NCBI GenBank assembly: GCA_003566675.1
Contig: PXCI01000054.1
Span: forward strand, 1-57,366
Length of the DNA: 57,366 nucleotides
Origin: Clostridia bacterium
GTDB taxonomy: Bacteria > Bacillota > Sulfobacillia > SLMV01
Direction: 5' to 3'
Under the pieces are notes generated by a model that made no database searches, was not told the origin of the DNA, and worked only from the letters and a program-made list of their open reading frames with translations. How positions within the stretch are numbered: position 1 is the first letter of the stretch; every line of letters begins with the position of its first letter. Of the stretch, positions 39,394-49,645 are shown one piece after another. The position numbers were made by a program, and so were the translations under genes.

Positions 39394-40224
39394 ATGAAGA
39401 TGAGATTCACAAACAAGCACTGGACCCTGATCGCCACTGCAGCCGTCACGATCGCTGCCCTGGTACTCGTCACCGGGTCAATGTTGCAGGCCGAGGAATC
39501 ACCTTCTCAGGCCACGACCCCCGGTAAGTCGCTGGAGGCCGTCACAACAGAAATCACACTGTACTTCGCAGACTGGCAGGCACAGCATGTGATCCCCGAA
39601 ACGCGCGAGATAGCTCCGGAAGGCAATCTCGCTGAGATCGTGGCCCAAAACGTCATTGACGGACCTTCGGATCCCTACCTGATGACCACGTTACCGACCG
39701 ATACCATCCTCCTCTCAATCGAGGTAGTTGATCAAATTGCCTACATAAACCTGTCTGGGGAAGTGCGGGGAACCTACGGTTCAACTGGCGAGATGATGGC
39801 AATACAGTCCCTGGTATACTCACTGACCGATCTCGATGAAATCTCCCAAGTTCAGATTCTGATCGAGGGCGAGATAGCAGAAACACTGGCCGGTCACCTG
39901 ATTCTCGACGAGGCACTTCAGCGGGGGCAGATCCACACCCATCCCATCTTCATCGATGAGGAGCGCGCATCGTGGCTGCAGGAGCGGGCCGATCAGGGCA
40001 CTGAGACCTTTCGGACCGATCCCCTTGAGGCAGCAATCTTCGCCGGCAGGATGGCGGGATTCTGGGCGACCGACGCCTTCGAGCTGGTCGACGTTGACCA
40101 GAATGCCGGCACAGCAACTGTCCTGGCCGAAAGGGACGGAGAAGAGTACGTGATCCGTCTGATCCAGCCCGTTCGAACAGACGACGGAGGCATATGGATG
40201 ATCGATTCGGTCAATGATCGCTGA
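39394..40224 (+). CDS. Exported GerMN-domain protein
   Basis: Signal peptide; TLYFAD....PETR, L..GP, AY.NLS, E..AI.S.V.SLT, VQILIEG. Confidence 0.88.
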   Translation: MKMRFTNKHWTLIATAAVTIAALVLVTGSMLQAEESPSQATTPGKSLEAVTTEITLYFADWQAQHVIPETREIAPEGNLAEIVAQNVIDGPSDPYLMTTLPTDTILLSIEVVDQIAYINLSGEVRGTYGSTGEMMAIQSLVYSLTDLDEISQVQILIEGEIAETLAGHLILDEALQRGQIHTHPIFIDEERASWLQERADQGTETFRTDPLEAAIFAGRMAGFWATDAFELVDVDQNAGTATVLAERDGEEYVIRLIQPVRTDDGGIWMIDSVNDR

Positions 40225-40275
40225 ATGAATTCGAGGATAAGAAAGGCGAGCCGGGCCGCCTCTCCTCTGCCGACC

Positions 40276-40317
40276 TGGTCAACTGTCCTTGCCCGAGAGG
40301 GCCAGGACAGTTGATCA
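40276..40317 (+). terminator. Long hairpin downstream of GerMN gene
   Basis: TGGTCAACTGTCCT...AGGACAGTTGATCA capped by GCCC-GAGA-GGGC. Confidence 0.55.
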
Positions 40318-40496
40318 TCTGGGATCAGGAACCCAACCCGGTTAACGGCTCCCTGGGACAAACAACCACACCAACAAGATGCTCTATGCACCGCCCTACC
40401 GCATCCTCTTGTAGCTTCGACACATACTAGCCGATCCCCTCGGCCGTTGCAACACATGGTCTCTGGGCTTTTTCATCAACAATGGGGGGAATGTGC

Positions 40497-40526
40497 GAAG
40501 GGCGCCCGGGGCCCCGGGCGCCCTTC
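40497..40526. terminator. Perfect 30-bp palindrome just after the cell wall hydrolase stop
   Basis: GAAGGGCGCCCGGGG/CCCCGGGCGCCCTTC. Confidence 0.6.
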
Positions 40527-40529
40527 CGT

Positions 40530-41345
40530 TCATCGGGCGAATCGATGGTTTGCAATATCGAGGGTCACTGGGCGCGACCAGACGAAGGCATTGCTTGTTT
40601 TGGAGGGAGCGAAGAAGTACAGGGCCCCCAGACTGGGATCCGATCCGTTCATTGCGTCACGGACTGCCCGAAAAGACTCTGCGTCGGCGGGCTGGTAGAT
40701 CGTACCGTTATCGACCGGGCAGAACTGCATCGGCTGGTATATGACGCCTCTGACGGTATTCGGAAAACTCTCGCTACGGACACGGTTCAGCACCACGGCC
40801 GCCACTGCAACCTTACCTGCATAGGGCTCTCCGCCAGCCTCAGACTGAACCAACCTGGCAAGCAGATCAGTGTCTCCGTCAGAAAATGGTACCGAAGCAG
40901 ACGCCGTCACTGCGGCTCCCTGGGCCCCGGCCTCCGCTGACGTTGTCATCGGCACCACCAGCTGCTGGCCGGGGTGAATCAGACTGGACGTAGCGCTCGC
41001 ACTCTTAATCGCACCAACCTCTGCGCGGTACCACTGGGCAATCTCACCCAGTGTCTCTCCCCGGCTAACCACGTGAACCCTGCTGTCAGCCGGAATCCTC
41101 AGATTCTGGTCTGGGTAGATTGTTGTACCGGACAGACGATTCAACTGCTGAATCGATGCGACCGTTGTGCGATGCCTCATCGAGAGAAGCCACAGACTCT
41201 CCCCTGACCTGACCATGTGATCAACAACGGACGCGTGGGCAAGCCCCGATGAGACAAGCACCAGAACCAGCGCCACCACCAGAGCGACAGATTTCTGACC
41301 TACCTTCATCCTCACCAGAGCATCCATGATCTGCTCTAAAGCCAT
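40530..41345 (-). CDS. LysM x2 + Hydrolase_2 (SleB/CwlJ-like) cell wall hydrolase
   Basis: Signal peptide, two LysM, LLARLV.SEA.GEPY.GKVAV.AVVLNRV...FPNTV..VIYQ..QF, GALYF. Confidence 0.93.
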   Translation of the reverse strand: MALEQIMDALVRMKVGQKSVALVVALVLVLVSSGLAHASVVDHMVRSGESLWLLSMRHRTTVASIQQLNRLSGTTIYPDQNLRIPADSRVHVVSRGETLGEIAQWYRAEVGAIKSASATSSLIHPGQQLVVPMTTSAEAGAQGAAVTASASVPFSDGDTDLLARLVQSEAGGEPYAGKVAVAAVVLNRVRSESFPNTVRGVIYQPMQFCPVDNGTIYQPADAESFRAVRDAMNGSDPSLGALYFFAPSKTSNAFVWSRPVTLDIANHRFAR

Positions 41346-41497
41346 ACTATATACCTCCTATATACTGTCTGATTCGATGAACCTTCATTAGTAAGACAGT
41401 ATATAGAGAAGCAGAGGATAAAAACAGGGTAATCCCCTAAATAATCCTTCCATAAACGCCAAAATTAAACTAACGCAAATGAAATGATCCGGTCAAA

Positions 41498-42505
41498 CTA
41501 CCGATCGCGGACCAGGGGCATCGTCGAGCAGTGGATGCTGCCGCCGTGCTTGTGGCACTCGTCGTAAGGCACCTGGATGCATTCAAACCCCAGCCGATCG
41601 AGCTTGTCGCCCGTCCAACGAGCGGAATCAGGCATGAGAAGCTTTCCTGGTGCAAGGGCAATGCAATTCAAAGCGTTGTCCCTGGGATCAACATCAATTG
41701 GTTCGATGTCAAGACTGCGCAGCAAATCGAGGAACCAGAAAGGTAGCCTGGTGACATTCACCAGGGCCCTCTGGTAATCGACCATGACGATCGCACCATC
41801 GATGTGCAGGCTGTGACCAACGAGGGGAACCTCAATCAGTTCCACATCCTGATGTTCGAGGACATTTCGGAGTTGGTCAACACCAGCGGGATTTTGCCGG
41901 AAGCCTGTGCCTACAGCGGCATGATGTTCATCGAGAAAGCAGAAACTCCCGCCCTCCATCAGTCCCTCACCATGAATGGTCCTCAGGATCGGCATGCCGA
42001 TCTCTGCGATCTTACGAGCAACATATGCCTCTTCTCCGCGCCTGCCCGTGCCATGATCCTCGCCGACGGGCCCGAGCCGCCCGATCACGACCCCGCCCTT
42101 GACGGCCATCGCTGTGTCCCGAGTGAACATGGCATTGGGATTCCTGGGCGAGCAGTCGACGTACACGACCTCGACGCCGTGATCCCTCATGGCAGCGGTC
42201 ATCCCGTCATGTTCCTCTTGCATTTTCTTTATATCAGGCGCCTGATCGGATCGGAAATACCACTGTTCACGATCATCAATCAGAGCTTCAATGGTCGGAT
42301 CATACTTGTCCTCACTCATAACCTCCATCTCGGCACCCGGCCTGTGCACTAGAACTGCTCGCAATCTGCCAACATCGTTGTGGACCCCCCAGCGCCTTCC
42401 CCAGACGCGTTCCTGCATACCTTCTTCTTCAAAGACTGGCGTACTCTTCGGCGGTATTCTCTGCAACACCATGTGATAATACTGCGGAGTATCCTTTAAT
42501 GACAT
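41498..42505 (-). CDS. Second amidinotransferase/DDAH (pentein) family enzyme
   Basis: WGV.N.VG.L.AVLVHRPG.E, FTRD, RRGE, MEGG, HIDG, GGSIHCST; ATG 42505 after GAGGTG. Confidence 0.9.
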   Translation of the reverse strand: MSLKDTPQYYHMVLQRIPPKSTPVFEEEGMQERVWGRRWGVHNDVGRLRAVLVHRPGAEMEVMSEDKYDPTIEALIDDREQWYFRSDQAPDIKKMQEEHDGMTAAMRDHGVEVVYVDCSPRNPNAMFTRDTAMAVKGGVVIGRLGPVGEDHGTGRRGEEAYVARKIAEIGMPILRTIHGEGLMEGGSFCFLDEHHAAVGTGFRQNPAGVDQLRNVLEHQDVELIEVPLVGHSLHIDGAIVMVDYQRALVNVTRLPFWFLDLLRSLDIEPIDVDPRDNALNCIALAPGKLLMPDSARWTGDKLDRLGFECIQVPYDECHKHGGSIHCSTMPLVRDR

Positions 42506-42543
42506 CTGTACACCTCTTCCTGATCGACAACACCGTTTTCCAG

Positions 42544-43986
42544 CTAGTCGATGTTCGTCTGTGGTTTCGCTTCTATCTTCGGCACAACTACTTGGACCTC
42601 CTTCTGCACAATCCGTTGCTTCCACGTTCCTCGAGTGAACCAGAAGGCAACCACAGATGCGCCGATCACGTTGCTCAGCAGCACACCCCACCACAACCCT
42701 GCGGAGCCCAACGTCGTGTGATGGGACAGGGCATACGCTAGGGGAACTCGCAGTACCAGGAGCGATATCGCGGAAAACGTCATGGCTGTGATGGTCTGAC
42801 CCGCACCTCTGAAGGCGCCGTTGATGACGGACATCACCCCCATGAAGCCGAAGGAGAAGGACATAGTTCTAATATAGTTGACACTGTGCCCAAGGGCGAC
42901 CACGTCCTGGTCAGTGAGAAAGATGCTCGCTGCGACCTCCGCCCCAATAAACGCGATCACCCCCATGATCGATAAGATTCCAAACATGAGTCCTGCACTC
43001 AACCACGCCGTTTTGCCTGCCCGATCCTCCCTACCGGCGCCAAGATTATGGCCCACCATTGCCGTTGTCGCCTGAGCAAACCCCATGCTGGGCTGAAACA
43101 CCACCGACGCAATCCGGTTTCCAATGCCGTAGGCCGCCAGTACCGGGGTGCCGAAGACCGCAACCGTCGCCGTCATCACAGTCATCCCCACGGCCTGCAT
43201 GGATTGCTCAGCGGCTGCCGGCAGACCAATGGTCACGATCCTTCGTATGGTGCGAAGATCAGGTTGAAGATCACGAGCCCGGACCCGAAGACCCAGATGA
43301 CCCCGGAACAGAAGTCCAATCCCAATTACCGCTGCCAGCGCCCTGGATATGACGGTTGCCACCGCCGCTCCCTGGACACCCATCTCAGGGAAGAAGCTCC
43401 AGCCAAAAATGAAGAACGGATCCAGGACAATGTTCAGAACGGTCGAAGCCACCATCAGTTTCATCGGGTTGATAGTATCGCCCGATCCCCTCACAAGGGC
43501 CTGAAAAATGAAGAAACCGAAAACAAAGGGGATCCCAAGAAACCAGGTCCTCAGATAGGCCAATGCGTCCGGAAACACATCCGGCTCGGGCCCAAGAAGG
43601 GCCAGGACTGGCGCCGCCAGCAAAAATCCCAGAAAGGCGAGAACCACGGCAACCGCACCGACAAAGGCAATGGTCTGGGCAGCAATGTAGTTGGCATCCT
43701 CATCCCTGCCGGCACCCACGTTTTGTGCCACGAGGACCGTGCCAGCCACGGTGAAACCTCCCCCAATGGATATAAACAGAAATACGATGGGGAAACTGAG
43801 GGATACTGCAGCAACGGCCCCGGCCCCCAACCTTCCCACCCAGTAAGTGTCCGCCAAATTATATAAAGTTTGGAGTAAGTTGCTCAGAACCACCGGCCAG
43901 GCCAGGGTCAGAAGAACGGGTAGAATGGGACCCTCCGTGAGATTCAGACGTTTGTACAGGGAAACCCCGGCCAGGGACATCGCCAT
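42544..43986 (-). CDS. MATE efflux transporter
   Basis: LTEGPI...LAWP....N.LQ.LYN.AD, RG.GDT..PM, NIVLDP.FIFG, GV.GAA.AT. Confidence 0.95.
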   Translation of the reverse strand: MAMSLAGVSLYKRLNLTEGPILPVLLTLAWPVVLSNLLQTLYNLADTYWVGRLGAGAVAAVSLSFPIVFLFISIGGGFTVAGTVLVAQNVGAGRDEDANYIAAQTIAFVGAVAVVLAFLGFLLAAPVLALLGPEPDVFPDALAYLRTWFLGIPFVFGFFIFQALVRGSGDTINPMKLMVASTVLNIVLDPFFIFGWSFFPEMGVQGAAVATVISRALAAVIGIGLLFRGHLGLRVRARDLQPDLRTIRRIVTIGLPAAAEQSMQAVGMTVMTATVAVFGTPVLAAYGIGNRIASVVFQPSMGFAQATTAMVGHNLGAGREDRAGKTAWLSAGLMFGILSIMGVIAFIGAEVAASIFLTDQDVVALGHSVNYIRTMSFSFGFMGVMSVINGAFRGAGQTITAMTFSAISLLVLRVPLAYALSHHTTLGSAGLWWGVLLSNVIGASVVAFWFTRGTWKQRIVQKEVQVVVPKIEAKPQTNID

Positions 43987-44014
43987 CGACCTCCACTCTC
44001 AGACAGCCCAACGC

Positions 44015-44449
44015 TCAAGCCTGATATTTGAGGGCTGCCTTCAGTTTGGAGAAGATACGGACTAACTCCGCCAGATCCTCCATCGTAAGATGATCGAGAA
44101 TCTGTTTGAACTCCTCAAATCTTTCCGATTCTATTTCCTCGACAACTGCCCGGCCCGCCTCTGTCACTTGCAGCAGGGTGACTCTGCGATCGGAGGGATT
44201 CGTTCCCCGGGTGATAAGTCCCTTGTCATGAAGAGAATGCACGATATTGGACACCGTGGCCTGATTGAGATTGAATTGCTCCGCCACCTGCGAGACATTT
44301 CGCGAGTCTTCAATGGCAATGTGGCGCAGGAGAAAGAACTCCGGACCTGACACATCACGGTTCTGGAAACCCTTGCGAGCATTGGTGAACTGCTTGCCGA
44401 TGGTTGAAATGAGCCGATCAAGATCCCGTATCAGTGATTCCTTTTTCAC
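44015..44449 (-). CDS. MarR-family regulator
   Basis: S.VA......ATVS..V..L..KGLI.R..NP.DRR...L.VT..G. Confidence 0.93.
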   Translation of the reverse strand: MKKESLIRDLDRLISTIGKQFTNARKGFQNRDVSGPEFFLLRHIAIEDSRNVSQVAEQFNLNQATVSNIVHSLHDKGLITRGTNPSDRRVTLLQVTEAGRAVVEEIESERFEEFKQILDHLTMEDLAELVRIFSKLKAALKYQA

Positions 44450-44512
44450 GGGTCTCCCCCCTTACTCATTGCTTATAAATATTTCTTACACAGATGGATC
44501 TGTCAAGCTCCT

Positions 44513-45859
44513 TCAGGAAAGGAGGCCAGCGATCAGGATGTAGGTCAGGGCAAGGGGAGCAATGTACTTCATGATAAAAGACCATAGAGGGATTGCGCCG
44601 GATCTGCGAACACCGAGGAATACCTCCGCTCCCGCTGCGCGCGTTCCCCATATCCACGCAACGAAGACGGTGGTGAGTAGACCTGAAAGGGGAAGGATCA
44701 GATTGGAGGTGAGCATGTCTGTGAAGCCCATGATATCCCAGCCCAGAATCCGGACATGACGCATTAGCCCCTCGGAAAGTGCAGAGGGAATGCCTGCAAA
44801 GAAGCACGAGACGCCCACAGTCACCACGGCCCGGGGCCGCGACCATCCCATCTCCTCGATGAGTAGCGCATTGAGGACCTCTAGGAAAGAGATGACCGAG
44901 GTCATCGCAGCGAAAGACAGGGACAGGAAGAACACCGTAGACCAGAACACAGCACCAGGCAGGGTGTTGAACACAGCGGGAAGGGCAATGAAGACCAGTC
45001 CAAAACCTGCCTCGGCCTCGATGCCAAAGGCGAAGAGGGCTGAGATCACAACGAGTCCGGCCAGGATGGCAATCCCCACATCAGCCAGGCTTATAATCAG
45101 TGAATTGACCGGTATGTCGTCCCTTCGGCTCAGGTAACTCCCGTAGGTCAGAACCGCTCCCATGCCAAGACTGAAGCTGAAAAACACCTGTCCAAGGGCA
45201 TCAAGGGCCACATCAAAGGACATGTCCGCGAAGTTAGGCGTAAGGAACCACACCGCCCCCTCCAATCCGCCCTCGAGAAGAAGCACCCTCCCCAGAAGAA
45301 CCAGGAGCAAAACCACGATTCCCGGGGTGAGAACCCGACCCCATCGTTCAATGCCTGCCGACACCCCGTAGAATACGATGATCGAGGCGAGGATGAGAAA
45401 GGCGCCCTGGCCGTATACGGGTAGAAGAGTGTCCGTGGTCAGGTGAGCAAATAGTTCCGTCAATCCGTCGCTGCCCAACCCAGAAAGACCGCCGGCGGCG
45501 CTCAACAGCGTGAAGATCAGTGTCCAGCCTGCTATGACAGAGTAATAGGACGCGATCAAAAAGACAGCAAGGGGGGCCACTAGACCCGCCCCCCACCAGC
45601 CTGTCCCCGGGCTGAGGTCACGAAAGGCGCCGACTACTCCCCTCTGGCTTCGCCGTCCCATTGCCAGTTCGGACATCATCAACGGGATGCCCACACCGAG
45701 GACAATGACCAGATACAAAAGAAGAAAAGCCCCTCCTCCACTTCTGGCTACGATGGTGGGGAACCGCCATACATTGCCAAGCCCAACCGCAGATCCAACG
45801 GTGGCCAGGATGAAACCTGTGCGCGACGCCCATTGTTCTCGGTCCTGAGAGTCATTCAA
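44513..45859 (-). CDS. Sodium-dependent NSS/SNF-family amino acid transporter
   Basis: REQW.SR.GFILA..GSAVGLGNVWRFP, GGGAF, GQVFFS.SLG.G...YGSYL; start trimmed to TTG 45859. Confidence 0.94.
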   Translation of the reverse strand: MNDSQDREQWASRTGFILATVGSAVGLGNVWRFPTIVARSGGGAFLLLYLVIVLGVGIPLMMSELAMGRRSQRGVVGAFRDLSPGTGWWGAGLVAPLAVFLIASYYSVIAGWTLIFTLLSAAGGLSGLGSDGLTELFAHLTTDTLLPVYGQGAFLILASIIVFYGVSAGIERWGRVLTPGIVVLLLVLLGRVLLLEGGLEGAVWFLTPNFADMSFDVALDALGQVFFSFSLGMGAVLTYGSYLSRRDDIPVNSLIISLADVGIAILAGLVVISALFAFGIEAEAGFGLVFIALPAVFNTLPGAVFWSTVFFLSLSFAAMTSVISFLEVLNALLIEEMGWSRPRAVVTVGVSCFFAGIPSALSEGLMRHVRILGWDIMGFTDMLTSNLILPLSGLLTTVFVAWIWGTRAAGAEVFLGVRRSGAIPLWSFIMKYIAPLALTYILIAGLLS

Positions 45860-46018
45860 TGAGACCCCCCCGCATCTGACTTTATAGTGTATGTATCTGC
45901 CGGGATTCATGCGAGCCGCACGGTCAGGCCTCCATCGACGTTGTAAACTGATGCCCGGTGACCAGAATATGCAGGACCAAATGTACCCCGCACTACAGCC
46001 TTCGGCAGTGTCATTGGG

Positions 46019-46581
46019 ATGACGACAAGACAAACAACGTTTATCGGCCTACTAGCAGCGCTCGCCATCATGGGAGGATTGGCGCTCTATTCTGTCGGTC
46101 AATGGTTCCCCGTTCCAGGAAGCAAGTTCCTGGTCATGGCTCCTTACTTGCGGTTGATCATGTTCATGGCTCTCCTGCGGCTCCGATCTCCATGGGCCAT
46201 GACGCAGGTCGCACAGCCCTGGCGGTTCTGGTGAGCGCAATCAGTCCCTTGATGAGCCTCGCTGTCTTCACATCTGGGCTCTGTTCGGATCTCACCGGCC
46301 GGCTGCTCCCCAGAGTTGGCCGAGCCAAAGTGCAGCTCTGTATCAAAGCAGCGCTGTTTCCCATGTACAGTGTCGTGCTGGCCCTCGTGGTCACCAACTA
46401 CCTCACCAGTGACGCTCTGTTCGGCATGATCGGCCCCATCCCACTGGTCCTCGGAGGACTACTGAACTATCTTCTCGGTCTGGGCGGAGGACTTATTGGC
46501 ATGAAGATCTCGGACCGCATCATGGTAGGTGACGTGACCTCTGAAAGAACAGGTAAGTGCGGACAAACGGGGGCAACCTGA
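46019..46581 (+). pseudogene. Frameshifted membrane protein (ECF S-component-like)
   Basis: N-half in ORF 46019-46234, C-half in frame of 45958-46581; adding one base near 46210 gives a continuous hydrophobic ~187-aa protein. Confidence 0.65.
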
Positions 46582-46971
46582 AGCATCACGCGGATGAATC
46601 GCCAGCAACCTGACGATTTCCTTTCGGGCACCGATTGATCGGACGTCAGTTCCGAAGCACCCGGTGCTCGATCACGAGATGCTCAGGTGGCGCTCGCTCC
46701 TCGCCACCTCTACACGCAGGATGATGGAATCCTCTGACCAGTCGATGCGCTCGTTCCGTCCATAATGCTCCTCCCTTGCCACCTACAACGGAGACCGTCT
46801 CATCTCCAATGGTGTCGTATACGTGCATGTCATCGCACATTCGGCAAAGCTTCACCCATACAATACCACTAAAGGCAATAACCCCCTCGGTGCCTTGCGG
46901 ATGGAGCTTCACATGCTCGCCAAAGATACTAGCAGGCTGGGATTGCATCGAGAGTGCAAGATCAATTCCAC

Positions 46972-47271
46972 ATGAAGAGGTGGGAAGAAGTGATTGCTGC
47001 TTTGTGGATAACTGGGGTAGCCGACCTTGTTCTGACTGCGTGGGGCCTGCACCTGGGCCTGATCGAGGAAGCCAATCCCATCATGGCATGGCTGTTCAGT
47101 GTATCAATGTCTGGTGCGTTGATCTTGGCCCTGGTAGTTATGACTGCAGCACTTCTGTTCCTTCACGTGGCGCGCAATCGTGTTGCCTGGGTAGATATGG
47201 CTCTACGGAGTCTACTTGCTATCCGTTTCTCGGTGCTTGTCCTGCACATGATATGGATCTCCATTCTGTAA
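46972..47271 (+). CDS. DUF5658-family small membrane protein
   Basis: D...T..GL..G...EANP.M motif with 3 TM. Confidence 0.75.
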   Translation: MKRWEEVIAALWITGVADLVLTAWGLHLGLIEEANPIMAWLFSVSMSGALILALVVMTAALLFLHVARNRVAWVDMALRSLLAIRFSVLVLHMIWISIL

Positions 47272-47447
47272 TGCTTGAGTCAGGCCAAAGAACATTTCGC
47301 TACTACCCCGACCAAGAATCCGAGTGATCCCCAGATTTCATCGGTTGTGGTCTAATCAGGCCTCCCTCTCCCGTATCCTAGCATCAGCGAAAGTCTTCTG
47401 GGACTCTGACCAAAAGGAAAGACTATGAAGAAAATCCACCCAGAAAC

Positions 47448-47475
47448 GGAACTTCCGCCATCTCTACCGTCCAAA
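47448..47475 (+). promoter_or_regulatory. ECF-sigma-like promoter
   Basis: GGAAC-16 nt-GTC upstream of the ABC ATPase. Confidence 0.45.
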
Positions 47476-47525
47476 TATAGGGTGGATCGTATGAACGGGC
47501 GCTGATGGAACAGGAGGCATGCGAT

Positions 47526-48318
47526 ATGGCACTGATAGATGTTCAGAACGTGTCACGCATCTACTCAAGTGACAGACGCCGCGTGACTGCGCTGAAAGAT
47601 GTCAGCTTCGAGGTGCGGAGCGGAGAGTTCCTCTCAATCATGGGAGCATCGGGGTCGGGAAAATCCACCCTGCTTAACGTTCTTGGATGCCTCGATCGTC
47701 CCACCTGGGGAAGTTACTCCCTGGCAGGTAGAGATGTCTCCAGGCAGGCTCAGCACAAAGCATCTGGCAGATATACGCGGAGGCATGATCGGTTTTGTGT
47801 TTCAAACTTTCAATCTTATATCCGGTCTAACGGCTCGCAGCAATGTGGCAGTTCCCCTGATGTATCGAGGGTACCCAGGTGCCCAGCGCAGACGCATGGC
47901 GACGGCTGTGCTGAAAGATGTGGGCATTGCAGACCGGGCCGATCACCACCCCAACGAACTCTCAGGAGGGGAACAACAGTACGTAGCCGTGGCAAGGGCC
48001 CTGGTGACCAGCCCCCTCCTGATCCTTGCCGACGAACCCACCGGGAACCTTGACTCGAAATCTAGTGCTGCGATTATGAGCTTGTTCGAAAGGATCAATG
48101 GAAAAATGGGTGTCACAGGCATTCAGGTCACGCATGATCAAGCCATGGCCAGGTTCAGTAGCCGGGTGATGGTGATCCGTGACGGCGAAATCGTCCAGGA
48201 CCAGCCCATGCAGAGACAACAGCAACCTGGGACGAATATCCACAAAGTGATTGAGGGCACCGAAACAGAGGACGGGGGAGATAGGCAATGTGGCAACGAC
48301 TCCTCGCAACCGCTGTAG
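47526..48318 (+). pseudogene. MacB/LolD-type ABC ATPase, frameshifted
   Basis: Walker A GASGSGKST in one frame; [24 protein letters not shown] in another; CAGG duplication at 47741-47748. Confidence 0.9.
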
Positions 48319-48656
48319 TAATCTTACTGGTAATGGGTGGCGGCTACTATGTTTACCAGGCATTGCTGCCAGATGACGCCCAAGCTGGCGGTCCTGTGTA
48401 TGCCACCATCCCGGTTATCCGCGATGATCTCCGCATGACCATCGAGGGATTTGGGAAGTTGAATCCCATTTTTTCGAGCAGCATTCAGACGGAAACGGGA
48501 GGCTTCCTCGAGAGCCTGACCATCCAGCAGGGCGATACCGTCTATGAGGGTCAGATCGTGGGGAGCATTCGAAATGAGGATCTGGTCACCGAGATTCGGA
48601 CCCTCGAACTGGAGCTACTGCATAATTCCGAAAGTTCCTCCCCTGGTTGTGAATGA
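48288..48656 (+). pseudogene. Efflux periplasmic adaptor (HlyD/MacA-like), truncated by IS relic
   Basis: N-terminal TM, V.R.DL..TI.G.G.L, G.L..L....GD.V..GQ lipoyl half-motif; similarity stops ~48620. Confidence 0.75.
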
Positions 48657-49470
48657 CCGGGTGAAAGGGTTTGCCTGCCTCAAGGGAAGTTGCTTCTTTG
48701 ATGTTACGGACACACAAGAAGTTGAGCTGACTTTTTCTGTTGGCTTGCTTTAGAATAGTCAGTGATGAAAGAGAACCCTGATCACTGCGAACAAGTTAAG
48801 GTTTCTGGCAAGGTAGCACCTGTTGAGGTGCGCCCGATCACGAAAGGTGAATGTGTCGGTTGGGACCAGCTGATGGCAGACCGTCATTATCTGGGTGCGC
48901 GTCTGGTGGGTGAGTCTTTGCGGTATGTGGCCCTGTGGGAGGGCAGATGGGCAGCGCTTTTGGGCTGGAGCAGCGCTGCCTACAAGACGGGTCACCGGGA
49001 TCGGTGGATCGGCTGGTCAGAAGATCAGCGTCACCAGAGGCTTTCTCTGGTGGCCAACAACGCCCGTTTTCTGATGTTGTCCGAGGAGCGCCGTCCGAAC
49101 CTCGCTTCCATGGTGCTTTCCCGAACAGTGTGAAGATTGTCAGCTGATTGGGAGCAGGCGTATGGTAGATCCGACCCGGTTCCGGGGCACCTGTTATCGC
49201 GCTGCGGGGTGGGAGGCCCTGGGCAGGATCCAGGGTTATGCCCGTCATGCGGACCGATAGCGCCCCGGCAGCCATCCGAAGCTTTCATTGATTTATCCGT
49301 TGCATCGTCGGGTCCAGGAGATGCTTTCCGCCGTCTTTTTGTCTCCGGAGTTGCCGGTGTATCCGCGTGCTCTTTTGGACCTGAACCGGGTGTCTTTGGA
49401 GGGGCTGCGGGATATTATGCACGAGTTCAAGGACCCTCGTGACCCCCAGGGTCAGCGTCACAGATATCAC
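48615..49470 (+). mobile_element. Degenerate ISAs1-family element with N-terminal DUF4338 domain (boundaries approximate)
   Basis: HYLG...GE.LRY, RD.WIGWS, VANN.RFL, NLAS; stops at 49131 and 49258; VDP.RF.GTCYRAAGW in next frame; ends after DPRDPQGQRH. Confidence 0.8.
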
Positions 49471-49645
49471 GGAGGGATCGGATGGGGATTCGATCGGGTG
49501 GGACAAGGGACCGGCGTAGCGCCCACGAGAGCCTCCTTGGCACCCGCTGGTCAAGGGAATCCAGAGCTGCCCCCGGGGGGGCATTCCCCCGGCCACCTTC
49601 GTACCCGTCCCCCAGGAGGTTCCGGGGCCTCCGTCGCGCCAGGTA

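Noticed and set aside
48762..49290. Druantia anti-phage system (DruA-like domain)
   Set aside because: Domain is part of a broken ISAs1 transposase; no druE helicase or other dru genes
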